Shown: positions 26,768 through 39,170 of the stretch, one piece after another
Layout of the letters: every line of letters starts with the position of its first letter
Numbering within the stretch: position 1 is the first letter of the stretch
Assembly: GCA_013239625.1 (NCBI GenBank)
Contig: PNXV01005434.1
Span: 186,001 to 250,000, forward strand
Source: Lama guanicoe
Taxonomy: Eukaryota
DNA length: 64,000 nucleotides
Reading direction: 5' to 3'
Program-made: the position numbers and the translations under genes
Notes under the pieces: generated by a model
Database searches by the model: none
What the model was told of the DNA's origin: nothing
The model's input: the letters and a program-made list of their open reading frames with translations, nothing else

Positions 26768-27745
26768 ATGACGGATTGCAACGCCTCCCAGGGCCATCCC
26801 TCTTTCTTCCTTCTCCAAGGTATTCCTGGGATGGAGGACAAACACAGATGGATCTCTATTCCCTTCTCATCCATGTACTTCATCACCATCCTCGGGAACT
26901 GCACCATCATCTTCACCATCTCCGCAGAGCGCTCCCTGCACAAGCCCATGTTCCTGTTGCTCTGCATGCTGGCCCTCACTGACCTGGGCATGTCCACAAC
27001 CACCATTCCCAAGGCACTGTGCATCTTCTGGTTTGGCCAGAGTGAGATCAGCTATGAGGGATGCCTGGTCCAGCTCTTCTTCATCCACTCCATCTCTGCC
27101 TTGCAGTCCTCCATCCTCATGTCCATGGCCTTTGACCGCTATGTGGCCATCTGTGAGCCCCTGCGCTATGCCACCATCCTTTCCAACAGCCGCATTGGGC
27201 TCATTGGCCTAGTGAGTTTAGGGAGAGCTATCCTGTTCATCCTCCCCATGCCCATCCTCCTCCAGCAGATGCCCTTTCATGCCAAGCATGTCATCCCCAC
27301 CACCTACTGTGAACACATGGCTGTGGTGAAGATGGTGTGTGTGGACACCACAGTCAATAGGATGTATGGTCTGGTGGTGGCCTTTTTGGTTGCTGGGGTA
27401 GATATCTCAGCTATTGCCTCATCTTATGTACTGATCATCCGGGCTGTAATGCGGCTGTCTTCTAAGGAAGCCCACCAAAAAGCAGTAAGCACGTGCACCA
27501 CACACATCTGTGTCATGCTGATCTCTTACACTCCCTCACTGTTTTCTTTTCTCACTCACCGCTTTGGCTGGGGAATTCCACCCCATATCCACACCATGCT
27601 CGGCAGCCTCTACTTCCTTGTGCCTCCAATGCTCAATCCTATTATTTATGCAGTGAAAACCAAGGAGTTTCGGGACAAATTGACCAAATATAGGGGCTGG
27701 AGGAAGGAGACCATAACCACGGCCCATGGTCAGAAAGCCCTCTGA
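26768..27745 (+). CDS. Olfactory receptor, class I, OR52 family, intact 325 aa, subfamily not recognised
   Basis: ATG in a good Kozak context (caccATGA) after the acceptor at 26745-26746. Motifs [64 protein letters not shown]. Confidence 0.92.
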   Translation: MTDCNASQGHPSFFLLQGIPGMEDKHRWISIPFSSMYFITILGNCTIIFTISAERSLHKPMFLLLCMLALTDLGMSTTTIPKALCIFWFGQSEISYEGCLVQLFFIHSISALQSSILMSMAFDRYVAICEPLRYATILSNSRIGLIGLVSLGRAILFILPMPILLQQMPFHAKHVIPTTYCEHMAVVKMVCVDTTVNRMYGLVVAFLVAGVDISAIASSYVLIIRAVMRLSSKEAHQKAVSTCTTHICVMLISYTPSLFSFLTHRFGWGIPPHIHTMLGSLYFLVPPMLNPIIYAVKTKEFRDKLTKYRGWRKETITTAHGQKAL

Positions 27746-29389
27746 TCATCCGACTCTGGTGGGGAGAAGAAAAAAAAAGTTAAGTGGACGCTGTTCCAGG
27801 GGGAATTGGCTAGTGAGAAAAATATGTCATATTGACAAATTAGCTGCCAAAACTCTTAGACAGGCTAAGACACAGGAGAACTTCTTGCTCTCGCTAATTC
27901 TAAAGCAAAGCTATTAGTCCCAATGAAACGAAAATAATAACATATTCCCTCCCTTCTGACATGGTAGTTGGGAAAATTGTGTATGATAATATGGATACAA
28001 AAGAACTTCTCACAACACACGCTGAATGCAAGTAAAATGAGGTGGAACGTTTCCACACGGCGAGAACATGAGCACAAACAACAACTTACCCACTGCTTTG
28101 CCAAGGCGAGGCTGTGGTGTGTGTAGGTGTGGGTGTGTATGTACTTGCGTCTTTAAGGGGAAATGAGAGGTTAAGAGTGACTGGGTGGGGGGCAGTGGGA
28201 AGGGACAGGGAAAGTACAAAATAATATTTAGAGTCACTCATTTATTATCCCTGCGGCAGAAGCCTTATATTTGGAGTACAGGACCAGGGGAATATGAACA
28301 AGAGACGCAATCTCCAATTGTCAGAGAAATTCCACTGAAAAGGGAAAAATGGAAAACTCCTAAGCTTAAAAGTTTGATCTGCATTTTAATTCCACATTTA
28401 AAAAAATTCCTAGACTCAACTCCCTTGCTTGTCTCAGCTAATTCCAGGGTCTCACAATCATCTTTTAGAGAGAAAATTTTGAGAATGCTCTGTTAATGAT
28501 TCTAGTTATAAAAGTCAGTTTGATATTGAAATCTTTGACTGCCTGCCTCTGAAAGGCAGCTCCTCTGGGAACGTAGGAGAAATCATGAACAAGGACTTGG
28601 ACAGTTTATGGAGCACAGATCTGGTGCCCAAATACAGGAATTCATTAAATTCAGAAGATATTTTTTCTATCACTTCTAGACAATGATGGTGGGTATAGTG
28701 CAAATATTTCAAGATGTATGAAGACTGAAGGCTGAAAATCCTAGAGTTGTCACAGTGAAAAAGATACATGGCCACCCTTAGAGCTACATGGCCACCATTT
28801 AAAAGAGACTCAAAATACTTAGAGAGAAATAAATGATACTTTTGCAGAGTGTAGAATAATATAATAATAAATAATAATAAAGATTTCCAGTACATTGAAT
28901 AATTCATTAACAAGAGCTGTGAAAGATGAGATATTTCAAAGCTTGAAATAATGGCCACAACCTTCAGGAGAAAAAAAGAAATGGAAGTTTAACTAGGAAG
29001 TGCCTCTTCTATAAACGGAGTCCGAAGGATTAGGGAGAACAGGCAAGCGTAGTAAGAGTTAGGGAATGTTGTACTTCCTATCTGACGCTACAAACATGTA
29101 GATTAAAAAACACAAAAATTACTCAGAATAATGCTTTATGATTAATCATTTAATTGCCAACCACTAGCAGATTTTGAAAGGGCCTGAAGCACTTATTAGC
29201 CTGAGGAACTGTGATCACAAAAGTTAATTTTGCAGAAACCTGAGAGTGACTTTTTTTTAATCTGATTTTAATGGGATTGAGGTACAGAAGCAGAGATCTG
29301 CATACTATAAAATATTATTTCCCTCTCTTATCTATTTTATTTGCCTTTTGTGCTTTACACACTCTAAGCAGAACAAAATCATGTGAAAC

Positions 29390-29855
29390 CAGGTGAGTTA
29401 CTTGGATACGCTTTTGCCCCATTATAAACAAACGTGCAGTAATCCTGAAATGAGAAGGATGTGATTATCAAATGTTCAGACACTTCAGGAATAAACTTTT
29501 GGGTCACACAACTGTGTAAGCCACAATACTTGCTTCGGTGATTGCTAATGGTGAGGAAATTTTAAATGTAGAATGGAGGTGGGCAAAGATGAATATTAGC
29601 TGCTTCCCTGAGAGCCACTGCAGAGGCAGTGGCTAGAGTTCATTCCACTTAGCCCTTTCTTCTGAGATTTCCCTCAGGCAAAAGGCCTTTGGGAACCATG
29701 TGGAAGCAGCTTCCTGAACCCATGTAGAGAAGCAGACCTGTGTTGTACCAAGGATGGGGCGTGTCAGCCAGGAGACAGTGGCTCACAGACTTTGTACTGC
29801 AGCGAGTCTAGCTGACTGAGGGGCCAAGCTGCTTGCCAAGGCCTGACCTACCACT
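29390..29855 (+). mobile_element. Possible ERVL internal 3' end with polypurine tract and start of an LTR
   Basis: '...tgtaccaaggatggggcg|tgtcagcc' resembles the ERVL PPT-LTR junction. Degraded. Confidence 0.35.
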
Positions 29856-30768
29856 GATCTTTTTTCTTTTCTTTTTTTTTCTTATTTTTAGTTTCTATTT
29901 CATTTATTTTTTCTCTGATCTGATTGTTTCCTTCCTTCTATTAACTTTGAGTTTTGTTTGTTCTTCTCTTTCTAGTTCCTTCAGGTATAAGTTCGGCTTA
30001 TTTGAGATTTTTGATGTAGGCCTGTATCGATCTCTTAAAAATGCTTTTGTTGCATTCTCTAGACTTTGGAACATTGTTTTTCCGTTTTCATTTGTCTCAA
30101 GGTATTTCTTATTTCCTCTTTGATTTATTCAGTGACCCATTAGATGTTTACTAGCATGTTGTTTCCCCTTCATTATGTTTGCATTTTTTCCGTGTTTTTT
30201 CTTGGAGTTGGTATCTAGTCTCATATCATTATGGTCAGAAATGATGCTGTATATAATTTCAGTTTTCTTAAATGTATTGAGGCTTGTTTTGTGACCTAAT
30301 ATGTGATCTATCCTAGACAATGGTTTCATGTGCACTTGAAAAGAATGTGTATTCTGTTGTTTGGGTGTGGAATGTTCTTGTATATCTATTAAGTTCATTG
30401 ATCTAATGTGTCATTGAAGGCTGGTGTTTCCTTCTTGATTTTTTGTCTGGATGATCTGTCCATTAATGTAGGTGGAGTATTAAAGTCCCCTACTATTATT
30501 GTATTACTATCAATTTCTCCCTTTATGCCTGTTAATATTTGATTTACATATTAGCTGCCCCTGTGTTGGATTCACATGTATTTACAAGTTTCATGTTCTC
30601 TTTTTGGATTGATCCTTTTGTCATTATGGAATGCCCTTCTTTGTCACTTGTTATAGTCTTTATTTTAAAGTCTATTTTGTCTGATATAAGTATTGTTACC
30701 CCAGCTTTCTTTTTGTTTCTATTTGCATGAAATATTTTTTTCATCCCTACTCTCAGTCTATGTCTTTA

Positions 30769-30867
30769 TTTTATTTTATTTTTTTAACATTTTTTTATTG
30801 AGTTACAGTCACTTTACAATGCTGTGTCAAATTCCAGTGTAGAGTACAATTTTTCAGTTACACATGA
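30769..30867 (-). mobile_element. Short young L1 3'-end insertion with 14-bp target-site duplication
   Basis: T-rich tail plus L1 3' terminus, flanked by agtctatgtcttta (30755-30768) and agtctgtgccttta (30868-30881). Confidence 0.8.
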
Positions 30868-31646
30868 AGTCTGTGCCTTTAAATCTGAAATGAGTCTCTT
30901 GTTGGCAGCATATAGATAGGTCTTGTTTTTTTTATCCATGTAAGGCATCTTGTGTTTTTTAACTGAAGCATTTAGTCTGTTTACATTTAAAGTAATTATT
31001 GATAGGTATATACTTACTGTCAGTTTGTTAATTGCTTTCTGGTTATTTTTGTTCTTTTCTGTTTTTTTTTTCTTCTTTTGTTCTCTTTTCTTGTGATTTG
31101 ATAACTTTCTTTAGTGTTTTGTTTGCATTTCTTTCTTTTTATTTTTTATGTATCTATTATCAGTTTTTGGTTTGCAGTTACTATGAGGCTTTTATATAAC
31201 AATCTATGCATATAATAGTCTAAATTGATAGTCACTTAAGTTGAAGTGGATTCTAAAAACACTACATTTTTTACCCTCCCCCCACATTTTATGGTTTTGA
31301 CATTATAGTTTACATTTTTTATTTTGTATATCCCTTAACTAATTATTATAGACACATGTGCTTTTACTTGTTTTGTCTTTTAACCTTTATACTAGCTATA
31401 TAGGGTGTTGAGCCACTGCCTTTGCTCTATATTTGCTTTTACTGGTGAGATTTCTTTTTTCTTTTGTAATTTTTATATTTCTGGTTATGATCTTTTTTTC
31501 CATTAAAGAACTTCCTTTAACATTTCTTGTAAGGTTGATTTATTGGTAATAAACTCCTTTAGCTTTTGCCTGTCTTGTTAACTATTTATCTCTACTTCAA
31601 TTCTGAATGATAACTTGCCAGACAGAGTAGTCTTGATTGCAAGGGG

Positions 31647-31654
31647 TTTTTTTT

Positions 31655-31702
<48 letters not shown>

Positions 31703-31703
31703 T
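31647..31703. repeat. (TTTC)n microsatellite
   Basis: Directly visible; it lies inside the L1. Confidence 0.9.
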
Positions 31704-33070
31704 AAGTACTTTGAATATGTTCTGCCACTCTCTTCTGGCCTGCAAAGTTTCTGCTGAAAAGTCAGCTGATATTCTATGGGCTCTCCTATATGTAACTAGT
31801 TGTTTTTCCCTTGTTAATTTTAAGATTTTCCTCTTTAACTCTTGACATTTTAATTATAATGTGTCTTGGTGTGAGTCTGTTTGGATTTATCTTGTTTGGG
31901 ACTCTCTGTGCTTCCTAGACTTAAATATGTTTGTTTTATCAGGTTAGGGAAGTTTCAGCCATTATTTTCTTCAGATAGATTTTGTCTCTTTCTCTTCCTT
32001 CTTCTCTGGTCTCCCTATAGTGTGAATGTTAGTATGCTTGATGTTGTCCTAGAAGTCTCTTAAGTTATCCACTTTATTTTATTTGTTTCTTTTTTCTTTC
32101 TGCTATTCCAGTTGAGTAATTTCCACTAATCCGTCTTCCAGATTGCTGACTCATCCCTCTGCATCATTTTATCTGCTGTTGAGTCCCTCTAGTGTATTTA
32201 TAATTTATTGTATTCTTTAGCTCTGATTGTTTCTTTTTTAATATTGTCTATTTCTTTGTTAAAGTTCTTCTCACTGTGTTCCTTTATTCTCCTGATTTTG
32301 GTGAGCACCTTAATGACTATTACTGTTAACTCTTTATCTGGAAAATTGTTTATCTTCATTTTATTTAGTTCTTATTCGAGGTTTTATTGTATTCTTTTGT
32401 TTGGAAGGTACTCTTTGTCATCTTATTTTCTCTAACTCTCTGTGTTTGGTTTTCTGTATTAGGTAGATCAGCTGCATCTCCCAGTCTTGAAAGAGTAGCT
32501 TTGGTGCCTTGTGGGGTCCAATGACATGATTTCCCCTGGATACTACAGCCAGGTGCTCAAGGAATGCCCCTGTTGTGGGCTGTATGTGTCCTCCTGCTGT
32601 GGCTGGGCCATGATTGCTGTGGGCATGCTAGTGTGCAGGGCTGGTCCCTGGTGTGGTTGGCTGTAAGCCCTGGTTGAAAGTGTTGTGGGCACTCTGGTGT
32701 GTGGGGACAGCCCCCAGGGCAGAAGCCACTTTGGGGATGCTAGTACTGGCCAAGGGTGCCTTCTGGGACTGGCAGAGTAAGGGGACAGTTTAGAGGGGCT
32801 CCAGTGCCAGCTGAGGGCACCTGCTAAGTCTTTTGGGGTAGGTGGCCACCTTGAAGGGGCTCTGGTGCTGGCCAAGGGCAGCTACCAGGTCAGGTAGGGT
32901 GGAGGCCACTTTGGAGGATTGCAAGCTGTGTCAGGTTCACCGGTGAACCCAGAGTCGGGTAAGTACTATTGAGTTAGATGGAGAGTGTCTGCAATGGCAC
33001 TGCCAGTGCCAGGACAGTTAGGTAGACAGCAAGCCCCCTTACATAAAAAAAAAACCCCCCTTAAAAAAAA

Positions 33071-33103
<33 letters not shown>

Positions 33104-33658
33104 CAAAACAGAAAAGTGCCTGTTGGCTCCTTTGTACCTAGAGAAAGTTCCAATATATTCCTGCCCTTCTGGGAAACATCCTAAAATTAGTTAATGAATC
33201 ATATATTACCCAGGAATTTTCAAATAGCTGCCTATGTGCTGGGATTAAGGGTGAGTAAATTTTTGTGTGCGCCTTTTAGGAGTGGATTCTTAGTTTTCCA
33301 CAGCCCTCTGGCTTTTGCTGGTTATCAAAGCCAGACATTATGGGGGGATCATCTTCCTGGTGTAGGTTCCCCAGGCTGGGGAGCCCAGTGTGAGGTTCAA
33401 AGCCCTCAAACCTTAGGGAGGACCTCTGAGGCTATAAAATCCCCCCCCCCACTGTGTGTGAGTCTCACTCAGATCCTATTACTGTTTCTCTTGCCCATCC
33501 ATATGAGGCTTTTTATTTTTATGTTTAGTTGTGGAAAATACTTTCTTCTGGTCTTCAGGTGGTTCTAAGAGATAGTTTGTCTATTTGTAGTTGTAAATTT
33601 CTATCAGAAGAGGCCAGCCCAGGATCTTCCTAGTGTCCATTCTTGTCCTACCCTCCAG

Positions 33659-34136
33659 ATCTGTTTTGTAAGTAAATTCATTTGTGTCCCTTTTTTAGAT
33701 TTCACATATAAGTGATACTATATGACATTTTTTTTTCTCTTTCTGGTTTACTTCATTTGGTGTGATAATCTCCAACCCATTCATGTTGCTGCAAATGGCA
33801 TTATTTTATTCTTTTTATGGCTGAGTAATATTCCATTGTGAGATATATGCCACATCTTCTTTATCCAATCTTCTGCCAATGGACATTTAGGTTGCTTCCA
33901 TGTCTTGATTATTGTAATTGTGCTGCTATGAACATTGGGGTGCATGCATCATTTTGAATTAGAGTTTCCTCTGGATATATGCCCAGGAGTGGGATTGATG
34001 GAGCTTAGGGTAAGTCTGTTTTCAGTTTTCTAAGGAATATCCATACTATTTTCCACAATGGTTGCACCAAACTACATTTCCACCAACAGTGTAGAAGGGT
34101 TCCCTTTTCTTCTGTCACCAGCATTTATCATTTGCA
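33659..34136 (-). mobile_element. LINE-1 3' fragment inserted into an OR coding region
   Basis: Similar to 6200-6690 (ORF2 end and 3'UTR). Abuts the OR TM5 sequence at about 34137. Confidence 0.85.
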
Positions 34137-34780
34137 GGCTAATGAGCAGTAAATCTAGTCCAACCACAAGCAGAATCACAAACAGCCCATAGATATGGTT
34201 AGGTCTGGCATCATCATAGGCCAGTTTCACCATAGCCATGTGGTCACAGTAGGTATGAGGAATGACCAGGTGGCAGAAGGTCAACCTTTGAAGTAGGAGA
34301 GGCATTGGCAGGATAAGAATCACACCCTTGGCTAGAGCCACCAGTCACAGGTGTCCAACAAGGAATGGCTTAGAATCGTGATGTAGCGTAATGGCTCATA
34401 CACAGCCACGTAGTGGTCAAAGCCCATTGCAACAAGTAGGGCTGATCGTACCACAGATGCTCCATGGATGAAAAACATCTGGGTGAAGCAGGCATTGGCA
34501 GCTATATCCTGACCACTGAACCAGAAGACGCAAAGGAGCTTAGGCAATAGAGTCAGTGGATGTGAGGTCAGCCAGCCACCATCAGCAGAGCCAGGAGCAG
34601 GTACATTGGTGTGTGAAATGTGGGCTCTGTGGCCACCAGAAAGAGGAGAACACCATTGCCATTGAGGATAGCCAAAAACATGGAGGAGAAAGAAAGAGAA
34701 AGCCGTAAGTGCTATGACTCTAAGCCAGGTATGCCCATCAAAGTGAAGTTCATAAAGCTGGAATGGCTGAAGATTCGCAT
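34137..34780 (-). pseudogene. Class I (OR52-family) olfactory receptor pseudogene, N-terminus to TM5 only
   Basis: MRIFSHSSFMNFTLMGIPGLES* (TAG at 34714-34712), FHTPMYLLL, PKLLCVFWF, MGFDHYVAV, HTYCDHMAMVKLA. Frameshifts at about 34572 (4-bp duplication), 34548 and 34340. Truncated by L1. Confidence 0.88.
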
Positions 34781-35299
34781 GGCAGAAACTGTTGGTGGTT
34801 GTTCAAGAAAGTTTAACAATGAGACTCAGGTGGGTTTTTTGTTTTTTGTTTTTTAATACCAGTTTTGCTTTTTTATACTCACTTGAGATGGGGCTCAGAA
34901 AAAGATGGAAGAGAACTTCTGTGGAATTATGGAATCTTCAGTATGGCTTTAGTTCTGTCTCTAAGCACCTGTATTATTTTCACATTCAGTTCTTTATAAG
35001 CCTCAGGCTTCTCTTCTGTATAAGACAATCTCTAGTGGACTTTGACTCTCAGCCCTCCCAGTCCAGCAATTCTGTACTTCAAAAATATTGTTTGCAGTTC
35101 TGAGTAAGAATAGGAGAAAAGATTTTCATCCTTGACTAAAGATGGAAGAACCTGATAGAAGAACCATAATCTCATTGGGAAGCTTCCTATATATAGAGAG
35201 AGGAAATATGCTTACACACCCCTCACCGCAGAAGTGCTGAGCTATGGTGGAGGGGGGCTGGTGGGAATCTCCTTTGAGTTTCTTCACTTTTCTCTCTTT

Positions 35300-35960
35300 C
35301 AGAGATCCACTCTCTGGTTTTGATCCTGCTTCTCACCACTGGAGCCCTCTGTTTTTTGGACAAAATATAAAAGATACAGTTTCCAAATAAGGGCACCGTT
35401 AGGTGGCTGCCTCTGTAGGATAAGCTCTGGTAGTTGGGTATTCTCCTTTTTTTGGTAATGCATGTGTCTGCCCTGAGCTTTGATGTCCTCGACATCCACT
35501 TCAAAGAGTGCTATCTCAAGTAAATACATTGCCACCCAGAGGACTAGATGAAGAGGGAGGCCACATCCAGCCCACTCCAGACTCCTTTGTTTTAGAGATC
35601 TTGGTTGTTTTTGATAAATGGGCATCCTGGCCCCTTGTTTTTCCTCTTCTCATGCTTTAAATTTCTGCTCCTATGTTTTAAATTCACCAGGAAAGAGTGA
35701 GCCTCCAAAATCCTAAGCCCCCACCTTTGATCCCCATAAAAGCAGAACCTGAGTCCCACATCCTCTCTCTCTACCTCACTGTGAGGCCCCAAGTGTGCCA
35801 TGTAACTTCTAGGACTTGTAAGTAATAAACTGTTTTCCCCACACAGTTTCCTGATGGTGATGGCTATTGCTGAGGATATCTTGCCATCCTACTAGGAACC
35901 GCAAAGGTGGGTCCAGCCACAACATTGGTTATCCAGAGGTTGAGACTGACACACAAAACA
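35300..35960 (+). mobile_element. Probable degraded ERV1-type LTR
   Basis: TATA-like 'cccataaaag', AATAAA at about 35824 followed by a U5-like segment. Boundaries approximate. Confidence 0.4.
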
Positions 35961-37273
35961 GACTCCCACTCTCTATCAAGCTAGGTATTTGTGTGCTTGA
36001 TGGACAGTCTTCTGAGGTTTTTACATGATTTGTGCATCTTTCATTACAACCAGCCCTCGTGTGTAGATGGAATTGCTTTTAGTCACAAAGCATTTACTTC
36101 AAATTAGTCCACTGGGTTACCAATTCATTCTTCATCTCTATCATATATTAAGCAGAATTTCTTTCCTTCCAAAGATCTATAGACATTCCAAGCAGTAGTT
36201 AAATCAAGAACTCCTCCCACTAATCTCTACCTATTCTTCCCTCCACCACATGTTGTCCATTTCATCTGTTTCTTTTTAAAATTCATGTACATTCAATTTA
36301 TGCCTATTGCCTCTACTTATGGTCCCATATGTTAGAGAAATTAATGTTATGATGTAAAAGGATATTCAGAAAGCTCTCGGAGCTATTGTAGTCATAGGGA
36401 TAATTAATAATTCCTATAGGAATTTGAAATACATATGTCTGCAAAATGATAGAAATCTGCATTAAACTTAGACTACTAAAAGGAAGCTAATCTTTATAAT
36501 AGAGTGTGTATGTGTATGGGGGTGCAAGGTAGACAATGGGAACCAACACAAAAGAGAAGAATATTTACCTGAATAAATAAAATTAACACTGTCACTAGCA
36601 TTTTGTACTACATACTAGAGGGAACAATTCTCCTTTGGAAACAATGATACAGAGTGCACTTAGATGGAACTTTGCACTTATGCCTGCACAGACACTGAGG
36701 ACACTGGACAGTTCTGATACAAGCAAGCAGCATCCTAGATGGGTTTGCTGAAGAGGATCTGTAGATCCTGCACAACCAAGGAGAAGAGTTTAAGATGGTA
36801 ACAGAATTTCTTTTTACTCATATGGCTAGGAGTTTCTTAGTTACATTAGAAACCCACTGTAGAAAACACCCTGAGAACTGTGTCACTAAATTCATTAATA
36901 CTATCACAGAATATTATTTCCATCATATGATTTAAGGAAAACTCCTAAATGTTTACGATACTCTGTTAGAATATAACGATTCCTGAAATATTTGCTTTAG
37001 GTCACCTGTAGTGCTATTAAAATAAAGTCTGCACTTAAACTGAGCACCACAAACCAGGGTCCTCAGGGTCGGCTGCACAGTATATGAATATAAATATTAA
37101 ATTTTCTTAGTCTAAGTATTTTCTGCACATTCTTTGTGTTTAAAAAAAAAAACATATGCATGCCTCATTCCAGTTCTTATTCTAAAATTTGAGATGAATC
37201 ATTATTAGCTGTTAATCTTGTTGCTTTTATACATCCCTTAGTTAAAGATCTGTTTTGTTTCTCATATAGTATC

Positions 37274-37848
37274 AGTTGGGGAGGAAGAAATGTTCCTCTA
37301 CTCTTTCAAAGTTATTCTGGCTGGTCTAAGAATTAAACTGACATGAGACAGATTAACAAGAGAAAATAAAAAGTTTAGTAACATGCATACATGGGAGAGA
37401 CCCAGAAAACCGAATGACTCACCACAATGGCCAAAATCTTTACTTTAAATATCATCTTCAGCTAAAGACAAAAAACGGTATTGGAGATGACTGTTTGGAA
37501 CTTCAAAGGGGAGGAAGGAAATTTGCATAGAGATGAAAAAGCAAATGGTTGGTAAACAAGTGTTCAGGAAACAGAGACAGTCATGCAGAGACAATAGGAC
37601 ACAGAGTGGACTCTGATTTTCAGGCTCTGCTGAGTTCCCCCACCACCACACCGAGCCCATATTCTTTGCAGATATCTCTGGTGATAGCTCTATTTCGGGA
37701 ATAAACCTGTTATCTAAATTATTTTAGGTAGTTAAAGGAGAGGTAGCAAGAAAACTTCTGAGTCTTCTGTTTCTTTAAAATAATCAGCATAAGTTAATCC
37801 TCATGCCAAAGAGATACATTTTACTGTGGCAAATTTTGCTCCCGTACA
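37274..37848 (-). mobile_element. Solo ERV1-type LTR with 4-bp TSD (TATC)
   Basis: TATC at 37270-37273 and 37849-37852; ends ...ACA. Internal 'ctggtctaagaattaaactgacatgagacagattaacaagagaaaa' is typical of laurasiatherian ERV1 LTRs. Confidence 0.7.
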
Positions 37849-38731
37849 TATCTGACCCTAACTGACTATCACAACTAAAATTCTTATAATCTGAGATCTA
37901 AAACTTAGAAAGAAGCATCACTTACAGATCACTCTCTTAGCCATACTTAAATCACTTAAAATGTGACACTCATAAAGTCAATTCATTTAAGTTGCTACAA
38001 AAGATTACATAGAATTTAAGTTGGATTCTTCCATATCTTTAGAACTGGACTAGATTTAAGATAAGTACATAAAGAAGAAAATAATTAATAGGGTACTAAC
38101 AAGTCTCTGTTTATTCTGGAACTAACAAGACTAAAGGCAGAATGGGAATGTAAATATGAATAGAGAAATGAGTTACCATTAAAGATACAGAAGAACTATA
38201 GATCATTTTCTGCTCTATACTCACTCCTGTCACACTTTTGGGTAAATTAAATATTCATGAAGATGAGCTGATTTCAGTTTGTTGAATTTTTCCATTCCAA
38301 GGACCATTTCGCACCTGCACACTCTCTTAACCTCTGACTCTTCTCTTCCACCAACTAAACCTGTCTGTTTCTCTCCAATGTCAAGACCTCTGACCTCTTG
38401 TTCTTCAACCACAACTCTTACCTCTAAGTCAGCACTGATAATTGTAACATCTACAGAAAATATTACACAGTTACATTAATAGCCTACTGTCAATGTATAG
38501 TTGTCTCAATTGAACTTTCAAATGTCAATAATTATTATATGTGTACCATTTATTTCAAAAGTCATTACCTTCCAAAATGTCAATAGCTAGCATCACATAT
38601 TTAATTTATCCATGTTCCCAGCCTTCAATTTTTTCTCACTTGTCACAGAGACAATAAACATAAAGATCTTCAGTTCTTGAAAAATAACTGCCTGATCCTT
38701 CATTGTTGCTAAGAAAGAAGGGTAAAATATA

Positions 38732-39170
38732 TTGAAACTGAGCAGGACCCTGTAGGGCCTTGCCAGAGACAGACTCCCTTTGTCCTCCTATCTCTTGTTT
38801 GTAGAAAATCTTTAGCCTCCTAGGCCTTCCCTGAATTCTAAAGAGCAAATTTAATCAAAGAAGTGAGAAAATGCAGAAACTAAGAAAAGCAGTCAAGCAA
38901 GACAAAATAATGGACCATAAAGCAAAAACAAAATCAAGGACCCTTGGTTCCTCCTCAAGGACTAGAGATAATACCGTGAGCCATAGTTTTGAGTTGTTTT
39001 GCAGATGCTAAAGCCCCCACTAGGTGGAGGAGATTAACTGCATGCTGACCACTAGCATGTAGACCCCAAACTGGTTGGAACCAGAAAATTGGTAATTGAG
39101 ATTTCCTAAATACCAACCAATCATAAGAATTTCCTTGAGCTGATCATGTATCCTGTAACCCTCACCCTTA
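38732..39170 (+). mobile_element. ERV1-type LTR, 3'-truncated, related to the LTR at 49507-49999
   Basis: Starts TGAAACTGAGCAGGACCC. Shares blocks with 49507-49999 (gcaggaccc..ggcctt; tagacc; accaatca.agaatt...gatca). Confidence 0.7.

Larger units (their letters stand above)
29856..33658 (-). mobile_element. LINE-1 5' half (5'UTR, degraded ORF1, ORF2 endonuclease region), 3'-truncated
   Basis: Minus-strand ORF2 endonuclease motifs (KKIFHAN...KKAGVTILISDKIDFK, SRIDHILGHK, SDHNDMRL). ORF1-like region about 31500-32430; GC-richer 5'UTR about 32450-33658. Confidence 0.88.

Noticed and set aside
28041..28055. Small hairpin gtggaa-cgt-ttccac near a minus-strand GTAAG donor-like site
   Set aside because: A 6-bp stem is expected by chance in 64 kb, and no partner exon was identified.
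28515..28958. 147-aa minus-strand ORF
   Set aside because: Non-ATG start and low-complexity AT-rich composition. It is not the missing OR C-terminus.
32543..33568. 110- and 124-aa ORFs
   Set aside because: They lie in the L1 5'UTR region and look like chance ORFs in GC-richer repeat DNA.
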